From Tubulanus polymorphus (taxonomy: Eukaryota; Animalia; Nemertea): 64,000 nucleotides of DNA. Of this stretch, positions 53,472 to 64,000 are shown piece after piece. The position numbers and the translations under genes were made by a program. A model generated the notes under the pieces. The model saw only the letters and a list, made by a program, of their open reading frames with translations, was not told the DNA's origin and did no database searches. Every line of letters starts with the position of its first letter. Within the stretch, counting starts at the first letter, position 1. The DNA lies in contig NC_134026.1 of the NCBI RefSeq assembly GCF_964204645.1, positions 25,392,150 through 25,456,149 on the forward strand, read 5' to 3'.

Positions 53472-53888
53472 AATATTCACCGATTCTTATTGAATCTAAC
53501 TACGTTTTAATTAACTAACTTCAATGATGATTGAATTCTTATTTCATCATACCTGAGTCATAATGCTCCATATCAGCTGCGTGTCGCGCATCTCAATTAC
53601 AACATTTCCCAAGTTGATCTTAATTGATGAACTCTGTTAGTATTGAGGACACCAGTCCCAAATGAAGGTTCATTGATGAATTTCAATTGGCTATGACACT
53701 TAAAATGCATCAAGAGCGACGAAAATCGTGTACTTTTGTTGGAATTCTATTTCTTATTCTTTGTTGGACCAAGTACACATCATGTATTTCAATGTAGATT
53801 ATTGCAGACCCATTTGCAAATTTACAACAAACTTTGACGTATCAGGTACTCAAAACTAACCATCCCAGCTGAAGTAAGTTATGCCATC

Positions 53889-54840
53889 TTAATGTAGGTT
53901 AAGTCGTAATGGAGCTAGTGAGAAGAGCGCGAAAATTTCAGATGCAACTTGGGAGTTTGAAGACGGATCACTGAGCTGTCGAGTTAATGTAATAAGAGTC
54001 GTTAAAGAACTGATTGTTCGGGACGAGTATGATGGATGGGTGGATAACATACAGCAAGATGATGATGATTGGTACATGATGCTGCAGAAAATACTTCAAT
54101 AAATTGATGCATTCGTCATTACGTTCTGTTTACATATTGCGCTATGCATGTAGTGTGAAACGGAATCTATATCTCAATTACATATGATTAACAACTCTCT
54201 GATTTGATATTGCATTTCCGGATTCACTAATACGTGAATTCCGAAGGATAACATTCCCATTTCAATAAATACGACATATATTTCGGATGAATATAGAAGA
54301 TTTCCTTTTTGGAAATCGATGGATGACGACGGTCCTTGGAATACGCCATTCCATTAGTTCTGAGTTTAAGTTTGAGTATAGAGTGTAAACTTTGGAAGAT
54401 TTATCGTAATTCTAGAGTTAAACTTAACCGACAGGAACTGTTTCCCAGGCATATATTTCAATCTGCGACACGAACGCTGTGAAGTATTGCTTCGCTTATC
54501 ACTGATGTTCTGAAACCCGATTGATTCGGGACACCCCGAATGAGCTCTTAACAAGGCATTTTCGACAGCAATACATCACATTTTATATCCACCGGTCGGC
54601 GTTAGGTTTGTAACTATTGCAGAAAATTGCATGATTTTTGCATGGAAACTAATGCTTCAAGGAACGTCGGTGGTCTTCTGCCTGATGCATAAAGTGGTAC
54701 TGCTGGTAATTGAATGGCAGGATGGTGTCAGCGTAAATCTTGCTGATGCGATGTTCCAGTAACAAACGACCTGACGGGAGAGCAATAAAACGCCACGCAA
54801 TGGGGTGCGCTAGTCGAAATGACCGGGAAAGATAAAACAC
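53889..54840 (-). pseudogene. Degenerate LRR-coding block
   Basis: RLLLEHRISKIYADT; RLKYMPGKQF; FLSVKFNSRIT; RTISSLTTLIT; VASEIFALFSLAPLRL. Confidence 0.55.
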
Positions 54841-54947
54841 ATTTTTAACGCGTGGACTCGGGGGTGAATTATTGATGGACAGGATGACTTGTCTGGCTGT
54901 TAGGTGTATCTATTATACTGTGCGAGGAGTGCCATTTTTCCAATCCA

Positions 54948-57900
54948 ATGTATAAAGGTGTAGAAGCTGGAATGATTAGTTACATCGCGATTAAAAACGA
55001 TTTATATTACACGTATGGATTGTTGGGGGAAAACCTTAAAGCAGCACTTTCGCAGGCCAGTTCTCAGTTAAAAATAAATAATTCCCTCAATTCATTCTTA
55101 TTCCCCCGGGGGCAAATAAATAATGGCTCTCCACCTCTGGTATAAGAAAAAAGCTTCGGCGGAGTTGTTTGCCACTGTTTCTTATGAATGTCAAAGTTCG
55201 CAGGGCTCAAAGTATTAACTAACAACGCAAAAATACGAAATCTCTAAGCTACGCACGTTTTGGCGACTGTCAAACGCATTTCGTCGAAGATTTCCTCTAT
55301 AAATGACGACCTGACCCGGCGCATATCTCGATTACCCGGCGGGTTCTCATCCGCCAGATCCTATCAGGATCGTGCGCGCTTCAGTATCAGTTCATGATGT
55401 TTATTCAGCGAGAAAAGGCCGGTTCTCATCGTCTTGGTATATAATGAAAGCTCACGTAGCATCGAAAACGCGATGAAGGGGACAGATATTTGGTGAACAG
55501 AATATCGCCTCTCAAACCAAGTATAAAATTAACTTGCGCGTGTAGCTACATAACAATGAGAAATCTTCACTTAAAATCAAAACTGCACGGCAATACATTT
55601 CAGGCACTATCATCGATCATCTTTAGTTTAAAATTGAAATCTGGTGTAAAGGACTGAGGTCGGGAGGGGTTGATATCACTTTACCAAGCGTTGTTATCTT
55701 CAAATATGTCAGCGACATACATAAACATGGGACCGCTGCCCGATCGAACGAATGCAATTCATACTACGACACCATCCCATTTATTCTGCATAATATGACC
55801 GATTTGACACGTTCCTTGATTGCCTGTCACATCGAGAATAAATTGGCCTTGCTGAAGCTTTACACCGGGTTCCTTTCCATTTTGAGTACAACTAAACAAG
55901 AACTAGAACCGACGCGCGTCATTTTCCACCGTAGACTCGTTTATTATAGTATTTTTACTAAAGCATTGAAACAGCAGCAGTCAGTCCGAGAGAAAACTTA
56001 AAACAATACAACGTACAAAATACAGGGTTTATTGAGATGATTGTGACATTCTACGGTCGTCATCATGTCGTAACAATTACATGTATAAATTTTGTCCATT
56101 TTTTTCTAAAATGATACATGATGAGTAAGAATGTCATATTACACAATAGATTATCTATATCTTGCACGAATTAAACTCAGTTAACTTCTTACTAAGACCT
56201 GGTATTACATGACATCATGCACTGCAGTCATACAAAGATAACATGATCTGCACAATAAATGATCGTACAGTATAGACTGTGCTCAACTAGAAACTGCAAT
56301 AGCCTTAAGAATATTTTTCTCTGCTATATAAACATGTATACAAAGATCTGGAAATACAAATTACACGAAATGACATTGAACGTAGAGAAAGAACATGATA
56401 ACCTTGTATTCATTGATGGAGAAACGATTGAAAAAATATTTATTCATCATCTTCAACCTTACTTATCTACAGTCGAGTAAACGTCGTTAAAAAAACCATG
56501 GAAGGTACTAAATGTATGCTTATATATATATGTATATATAGCTGTTTGTAGTTACAGGAAAATTCGTTGACGTTCGACAAACAACATACGATAATCAATG
56601 GCATTTACAGTCTCATAAAGACTACGGAGCTAGTTTGACACAGTATCATCGATGTCACACGTGAAGGCGGAATAAGTCACCTGAATGAGTATTCAGGTCA
56701 AGAGTCCCTTTCGTATCGAGTCAAACGAAGCCTTAAGTGGTAACGGTTGCAACTGATACAGCTGTCTGCTTCCCTAGGTCTTGTCGATATCTTATCAGGA
56801 TGGTACACGTCTGAAAATATTTGCCTTACGGATAATTCTACCGATTAAACAAACCCCGTTCCACCGGAGGCTCGTGGCGAATATGCTTTATTTGATGTAA
56901 TTGATTCACCAACCGAGCCTGGAACGAGATGTGCTTTAGTCCCAGAGTTAAGCAGAAATGCTCTCTCAAGTGTCTCAGAAATTAACTTTACACAATATGA
57001 CCTTTTTATTTCATTGGCTACTTCGGTCTTTCGACTGTAAGATGTCAGCGCCGTGGAGAGTTTATCAGTTTACAAGCCTCTGAGCCCGTCTCAAAGTGAC
57101 TTTGTAGCGCGAAAGTCATTTTCGAAATTGCCGAGGCCTAGCGTATATCAGACCTCTTCCATTATTATTCTATGTACAAATTTCATACATCATCTTTCTT
57201 TTATTACAAAATGTTTTATACCATCTACAATCATGTAAGAGAATATGATGAATAAACATTCATTTGAATTGAATTGTATGACGTACATATTTACGTAATA
57301 CACAGATAAATTTGGCTTTAACTGAAACTTCAGTAGATCCATCGCTTCATGTGAATTGAGCAACTAGCCTGACGTTATCAGCTAGAGTATCAGAGTTTTA
57401 AGTTTACAAGTTAAGCAGTTGCATTGTAGGTAATTTTATCCATCAATGAGATGAACGAGCTTGTCAAATGAATGAATCGTTGATTAGACAAACCAATGAC
57501 TGTCATCAACACGGGGACAAACTAATTAACCCGGTCTAGTCTGGCTGCATTAACTTTCGATTCCGGAAAAAGACCGCATTAATGAAGTGCATTAGCCATT
57601 TCTATGTTTCCCATACATGAAATTCCAAAATAAGCAAAGCCTCTGTCGAACGGGTCAATGCTTTCATATAGCTCAATAATCATTCAAACTAACTGGATTA
57701 TCGGTAAATTAGAAATCTAAACGGAAATAGCATTTTTTTAATTGCCAAAGTTTAAACTGTCAGAAAATCTGAAGAATCGTGGCATATGAGCAGTCGATAT
57801 TATTGGGTTGGTATATTTTATACAGTACATAGCGGTAAGTAATGAATGTGTTCCTTTAAGTAACCGAGTCGACAAGTTTAACTAATGTCTTCTTCGGTTA

Positions 57901-58160
57901 TCTACATAAATATAGCGGCAAATACAATCGCTACAGCTGTTTCTCGAAATAAATCAACATCCTCGCATTCACGAGATGCGGCCAATTTCGAAGCGAACAA
58001 TAACGGTCAATGCAGCAAACAATGGACGAGATTAATTTGGCCGGTGGTCGTGATTCATGGTCCGTTTGAACGGCGGCTTCTGGTCAGCTTGCCAATGGTC
58101 TGCCGAAAACGATTCAAAGAGGACAGCCCGCTGAAAAATGAGCAGTACTTGGTTAATTGA
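54948..58160 (+). pseudogene. Degenerate LRR-coding block(s)
   Basis: HIENKLALL; NCNSLKNIFLCY; TIEKIFIHH; KSFSKLPR; SIIILCTNFIHHL; SVIYINIAANTIAT. Confidence 0.6.
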
Positions 58161-59278
58161 GCTGACAAACCCACGTCGTCGGTCCAGTCAGTTGTGAATA
58201 ATGAAACCGAGGGATGTTGGCAGTTTGAACAATTGCTCAGTTTTCAAACGGCATCTAATACTGCGCCAGAATACCCAAAAATACTGGAACTACTACGATA
58301 TTACAGTTTTTACCAGGAGAAACCGCCTATCACTGGGGAATAGTTTTCACTAGATACGAGATATCTTTATACGGTAGAATCCCACATCACAGAAAAGAAA
58401 AATGAGTCAGTTTTTTTTCCTTTTTCAGTTTTCGTTTTTGCTATATCCTATTAGTCATCTTTAGGAATATTTAAGTTACAAGTGACTATACTTGAAACGT
58501 CCAAATGAACTACTAGCTCAAGGCAACATGTCAGACCCATTTTTCTTTTCTATATTGTCATGTTTCCTTTTTGTATCGTGGGATTTATCGTTTCAACGCG
58601 GATAGAGCGTTTTGATCAAGATTGCTATGCGAGATATCTTGCATAATATCTGGGTCGTGCGGGCAAACTTTACGTCGACTAGTACTGCGTTCATCCAATA
58701 TTCACTATCATTGCTTGTCGCTTTTTTAAGTCATCGCGCTTCCATCGCGTCGAATAATCAGTCAGTGTGTGGCAGCGGATAATTATCGAGTACTCATTCA
58801 AATTTGATCAGATTTCCTGATTGCATGCATGTTAGTGAGTTAATCAAGAAAGTCAATCATGTCTTTATCACATAAACTAACGGCCATTCATCATAAACGC
58901 ACTGAATTACAACGGCAGGCATTAGGCGACGTGATGACGCCAAAAAACTACGACCTTGCAACGTACGGTGTATCTGAGAAATATCCCTGAACATCCTATC
59001 ATAACATTCAATCATCACAAAGACAGTATTCTCACTTTGCAAAAAATAATACGCAGCAATACACCACGATTTGTATTTTTCACCAGTAGTTAAAAATGAC
59101 CAAACAACATATGGGAAGATTTGATGGTAAACCCCAGGGACCAATCACCCATATATAGTGTTTGACCAAGTGGCAAACAAAGTACAGTAGAAGTGAGCCA
59201 TGTGCATATTTTGACAGAGTGCTGTGTTAACAGAAGAGAGTCTTATTGAATGACAACTTTCTATTTGCAGTGACAATG

Positions 59279-60610
59279 TCAATGTTTGGCTCCTTTCAGC
59301 ATAGCTTTAATTGCCCGGGCTCTCATTTCTAATTCGAGGATTTCCATCTGATTTTTTGACAATCCAGGATCAGCGCTTGTACTTGCTGTTTGCTCTTTCT
59401 CTTCAGTTGGCGATGTTTTTGTTTCATCTGTATTATCTTTTTCAACGGTCCTTTTATCTTCTTGCTCTTCTTCATCTGCAGTTCCTGTAGTGCATCTACC
59501 GGAATGCTCTTCAAAGTCGTCATCACTAACTTGGATTGATAATTCCGCTTCGACGTCTGCTTCATCACTCGATTCGTGCTTAGAAGGTGTAACATCTTTA
59601 GCCAAAACCACACACCTTTTATCCGCCACATGGTCAACCTCCTCATTCAGTTCAGCAGGAGATTCAGCCTGAACATTCTCATCTGTTGTAGTAATTTTCT
59701 CGGAGGATTGATCATCTGACATTTCGACCGTTACCACTCGCTTAGAATCGGATACAGAATCAACAACTTTGTCTTGGGTCAAAGCGTTGCTTTCCACCAG
59801 AGTTTCCCTATCAGCCGATTTATCTGGCACTGTTGCGTCTTCCTTCGAACCGCTCAACTCAGTTGGTACACTCTCAGTGGAAGTCGTAGCAGTTTTACGT
59901 ATATAGTCGTGTTGAGATATTGCAACTGGACTTTCTTCAGGTATGCACTCAGTACCAGCAGTTTCTTGCTTTCGTTCTTCACTTGGAATCTCACACTGCG
60001 TTATTTCTTCTTTTTGTAAATGTACATCTATATCGGCTCCTAGGGGATCTTTGACGTCAATATTTTGAGTTACGTCTACCATCGTATTTTCATCACCGAT
60101 GCCAGACACCTCAGGCTTACTTTCATCAGGAATATTAGTGACCTCCTCGTTTTTATTGTTCTCATCACCACCAGTAACGATCTTGTCATCAGCGTTTTTT
60201 ACAATTTCTTTATCGACTTCGTTATCTTCCTCATCGGTTTCAGATACAATTTCACCTTCTTCATCGCCATCTACCCATCGTTTTCGTTTACCCATGTCCT
60301 CTTCCATCTTCTTCACTTCATCCTCACTGACGAGTCCTTTTTCTTCTACATCGTGTAAAGGCAATGGTGGTGCATTCCTCCACTTTTCACCGTAAAACTC
60401 ATCGTAATTCCGTCGACCGTGATGATCATAATCGTCACTGCTATCGCTAGAGTATGAACTCCTAGAATCGCTATAGGATGAATCGCATCTTGTTCTTCGT
60501 TCACTACGGTCACTGCTAGTATCGCGCCTTCTTCTATACGGTCTCTGGGTAGAGTTCGGGCCACTGCCTTTTCCGCGACGGTCACTGCGTTCGTCGTCGG
60601 AAGAATCAGA
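59279..60610 (-). CDS. CAAP1: Terminal coding exon (443 aa + stop) of a CAAP1-like gene (caspase activity and apoptosis inhibitor 1 family), with an RS-rich then acidic low-complexity region
   Basis: This is the only long ORF in the window. A polypyrimidine acceptor ttttgtgtcttttcag|TCT lies at 60613-60611 in phase 0. The C-terminal QMEILELEMRARAIKAMLK matches the conserved CAAP1 C-terminal motif as I recall it (ELLELEMRARAIKALMK). The ORF part 60611-60730 is interpreted as intron. Confidence 0.8.
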   Translation of the reverse strand, partial: SDSSDDERSDRRGKGSGPNSTQRPYRRRRDTSSDRSERRTRCDSSYSDSRSSYSSDSSDDYDHHGRRNYDEFYGEKWRNAPPLPLHDVEEKGLVSEDEVKKMEEDMGKRKRWVDGDEEGEIVSETDEEDNEVDKEIVKNADDKIVTGGDENNKNEEVTNIPDESKPEVSGIGDENTMVDVTQNIDVKDPLGADIDVHLQKEEITQCEIPSEERKQETAGTECIPEESPVAISQHDYIRKTATTSTESVPTELSGSKEDATVPDKSADRETLVESNALTQDKVVDSVSDSKRVVTVEMSDDQSSEKITTTDENVQAESPAELNEEVDHVADKRCVVLAKDVTPSKHESSDEADVEAELSIQVSDDDFEEHSGRCTTGTADEEEQEDKRTVEKDNTDETKTSPTEEKEQTASTSADPGLSKNQMEILELEMRARAIKAMLKGAKH

Positions 60611-60728
60611 CTGAAAAGACACAAAATATGGCATCTTAAGATGAATGGTGCATCGTATTCCGATCGACAACAACCTACGAATTTCATAAGCGATTTGACA
60701 TGACAATAAATAACGCGGCACTTTCGAC

Positions 60729-62350
60729 ATGGAAAGAAGTTTCGATATTTGGTCGATTGGATACGTATTTTCATGTTGTTATGTTTTCGTGCGTTATAAT
60801 GTAATCTTCGCGTACAATTTTGCAGTATCTATGACGACCAAGTTGAATTATCAGGATATTAGCAACGATTCCAAAATGATGACTGTAATCATCGCGCTGT
60901 CATTACAAAATTAACTGATCAATATTTTTCATCAAGAGAGTATAATTCCGTTTTTGCACAGCGAAAACCGATCGTGTGCGATGATTGAATGCTGTTGAGA
61001 AAATTGGCCAAATCCGGAAGCGTTCAAGTCACAGTGAATGCCAATCTCAAGTGCCTATCATCTAATACTGTCTGCAATCGGTTTTAACAATACTCCGCGC
61101 GTATTAAAAAAGTGTAATCGATATCGTTGTAGAACGAACTGCAGAAATCAATTGATATGGCCCTAATTCTAGCAAAAGCAGAGGTAAAGTTACGTAATTG
61201 ATTCGCCGTCAAATTTTACACTTAACTGACTCATCAGCTACGGAAGCGCTGACGAGACCCCAGTGAATATCGATATGAGTATTCGTTTAATGCGAATATA
61301 AAATCGAAGCGAGCTTTGAATGGAGTCAATTAGAGGTCACATTTAGAACATTAGGACGCATACACACCTCTTCAGTGAGACCATTTCCTTGATCGGAATC
61401 TTTACTTATAAAAGTGCAATAATATGCGCGCGACCTAAAAAGCGTCCAATTACCGAGCACCATTGAATGAGGTCTTCAACGCTGAATCGACCAACATTTG
61501 ATATCATCAACTCGTATTATAAGATAATTTCTTACATTCATGTCAAATCCTCGATGCCTTTCTTATCCTACGGCCAACTTTTGTCATAAATGCTTCTAGG
61601 TATCGGTACTGCTGCTAGTGGATATTGCTGTATGATTAGCGATTTTGCGATCATGAACCTATTAGGACTGACTCAATAAAGAAGCCATTACTGTACATGT
61701 TATGTAATTAAACATGGTCTAATGGAAAGGTTAAATGGTCTGATAAGACATAATGGTACGATATCAATGAGGAACAGTCACCACATACAGAAAATATCAT
61801 TTCCTTTTTACAACCGAATAGCAATAAACGCTGATCGCGGGTATACCGTGCATAAACGCCAGAATATATCTATACTATTCAGGCATGCAACCTTCTGCGA
61901 GGCTGAAACGTTTTACCGAACTCATAAATAGTCTAGTCCAGAGATGTCAAAATAAGTTTATGACTTGTTTCCTCGTAACTTTCGTCATTGGTCACAGTTG
62001 TTATTAATCAGTTACCGGTGGATTTCGCATTCATCTCACGCGATTATTTTCGTCAAGAACGCAAACGGGAGAAAAAGATCCTCTTGACCTTGACCTATGT
62101 CGGCTGCTAAGGACCCTTTAAATCAGAGTTTGCTTCAGCAAACACATCAAATTGGCTTAATCTGCATATGTAACAGTCTGATTGGATCGTATTTACGGTG
62201 GCTGGTGGCCATTTTGCCGGTGGAAGAATGGTTATATACGACAGACGAGAGGAAACCGGCGTGTCAGAATCAGGAAACACCGACCAAGTTTATAGAACAC
62301 TTCTCACATTTGATAACAACATTCGTCTGATATAGAAAAAACATAACACT
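60729..62350 (+). pseudogene. Degenerate LRR-coding block inside the CAAP1-like intron (antisense to the host gene)
   Basis: YVFVRYNVI; TKLNYQDISNDSKM; VNIDMSI near 61263; HIQKISFPFYNRI; QIGLICICNSLIGS. Confidence 0.55.
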
Positions 62351-62747
62351 AAACTAATGGACATTCTAAGCCCCTGTCGGGCTTTTTATCGCATTAACGG
62401 CTTTCGGCATGATCGACATTAATAAAACAGTGCTCATATACCCAGAATTCTGATAAAGGCTGCCAAAAGAAGCATTGTCTGACAATGGATGAAGGCCAGA
62501 ACGAAATAGACATGGCTTATCGCATTATTGCCACGCCATTAATACTTTCCAATAACAACAGGACCGCGTAGACAAATCCAAAAGCACCACGTATAGACAT
62601 TAACCAACATACTTAGCCAATGCAACAAGAGTTCAAGTGTCCCTGATTTAGGAAGTTACCTACAGTTAGATGACCATATCGTACTTCGTTATCATATACT
62701 TGAATTGTATGAATACTATAATAACGATCAAGACGGTCTGAATTATG

Positions 62748-62960
62748 CTATATTCTATTACACTTACGCCCACCTCGCCGAAACGCCAGGCATATTGCAC
62801 GCAAGTGACCGACGTCCATGGAAATATTAGATATATCTTTGTGTGTCACTGTCTTTAATCTCAGACTGTGGGAACAAGAAAAACAATGCCGCCATCTACA
62901 AGGATTCGGAGGTATTAGCGACCGGTGTATCCCTGCTGCCATCGTTTGATAGAATTCCAC
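62748..62960 (-). pseudogene. Degenerate LRR-coding fragment inside the CAAP1-like intron
   Basis: CFSCSHSLRLKTVTHKDISNI; GHLRAICLAF. Confidence 0.5.
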
Positions 62961-63039
62961 AACTAAACAGACAGAAGGGAAATCTTACTTTCAATTTATC
63001 TAGAATTAGATTATCTTAACACAGGTTTCATAGTTGTAA

Positions 63040-63423
63040 GGCTATGGTCAAAATAAGCACTTATAAGCACTTACTTCAAACCAAAATAAGCACTTTTAAA
63101 GGAAAATCAGGCTACAAATTTTTAAAAGGTGCAATAGTATCTTACCACTATTTCAATTTGGTAAGCAGCATTAGATAATGATTTATGTGGTGTGGCAACA
63201 AAAGTCCATACTTATCATTATTTCATCAAAGGGTCAGGATGATCTTCTAAAGTTGGTTGTTCTTCATTTACACCCAGAATAAAAGGGTCTCAAATGTTTG
63301 GAAGTATCTATTGTGAGAAGCTAGGAACAAAATCATTTTTCGTTCAAGTAGCAATGGCTTATTATATTGAATATGGGATTTTTACCCAGGGGATATTTAC
63401 CTAAGGGATTTTTACCTACAACC
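63040..63423. mobile_element. Possible non-autonomous DNA element with subterminal repeats
   Basis: The left end ggctatggtcaaaataagcac carries three ataagcactt copies. The right end has three 15-bp units gggatWtttaccYaV (63375-63419) and ends ctacaacc, loosely inverted to the left end. The interior looks CpG-poor. Confidence 0.45.
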
Positions 63424-64000
63424 GAACGAAAAATTTGTGTACTATCGTTAGATTAGAATAAGTATTAAGGAACATGAAAAACGTTGTGGAGGAAATCAGT
63501 ATAGTATTTTCTCTTGCGACAGAAGAAGACTGTAAGACGGCTGCCGTAGATGGAACACGAATTATACAGCTGCATCACGCACGATAGATGGCAATGCTGT
63601 CACAGATGGCTCTTAAAGACGCGGGATAAGATCAATTCAAGTTCAACCGTCCTATGGAAAGATGGCGCCAGACTCCAAATACCACCCGCCATCATTTTAA
63701 TCATAGTGTGTCATTAGAGAAAATCGATAAGGACGTCTGTAACATCGGTGTACTGGAGGAGATGCTGGAATCCATCATTATGGCCTGAAATCGCCAAGGT
63801 ATGCCGTTACACTGTCCTTCGATTCTCGATATGTTTCTGTGTGTTTTTGTGTGTTATTGTTGAGGCAACGGGGGCAATGATTTGCATGAATTTAACCCGA
63901 TAAGCTGAAGACAATGGCCACTTGGCGTGCTTTTGCATCTATGTTGCTGTGTACTCCGTGTCAACTGCATAACGTGGACATAAAAACCATACGCTTACAT

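Noticed and set aside
1-59000. Dscam-like array of intact, mutually exclusive 72-nt LRR exons
   Set aside because: The best motifs checked (1114, 39213, 45769) lack consistent ag/gt boundaries at the usual LRR intron position, and they contain stops or frameshifts nearby.
59329-60395. Overlapping alternative-frame and antisense ORFs within the CAAP1-like exon
   Set aside because: These are shadow ORFs of a low-complexity acidic coding exon.
60611-60730. N-terminal 40 aa of the 483-aa ORF as coding sequence
   Set aside because: A strong splice acceptor lies at 60613-60611 and composition changes there, so it is interpreted as intron read-through.
1-64000. CRISPR array, rRNA, or conserved bilaterian miRNAs
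   Set aside because: There is no regularly spaced repeat-spacer structure, and I recognised no rRNA or mature miRNA sequence. The context is eukaryotic.

Overview
This is AT-rich eukaryotic DNA, most likely from an invertebrate animal. The only intact coding feature is a large minus-strand terminal exon (60610->59279) whose C-terminus (EILELEMRARAIKAMLK) matches the CAAP1 family; no upstream exon was recognised in the window. Almost all of the remaining ~60 kb looks non-coding. On six-frame reading, however, it appears to be tiled with degenerate extracellular-type leucine-rich-repeat (LRR; xxFxxLxxLxxLxLxxNxL) coding fragments. These are broken by stops and frameshifts, are arranged in about 40 blocks of alternating orientation, and continue into the CAAP1 intron. 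In several places LRR-like motifs seem to overlap on both strands or in two frames. No intact LRR gene is present. The region could be a pseudogene graveyard or, speculatively, a donor archive for mosaic LRR receptors, like agnathan VLR cassettes or trypanosome VSG pseudogenes. All LRR calls were made by eye, block boundaries are approximate, and loose LRR motifs arise by chance in AT-rich DNA, so an HMM test against shuffled sequence is needed. The window also contains several MITE-like or hairpin elements, a 166-bp tandem duplication and short repeats.
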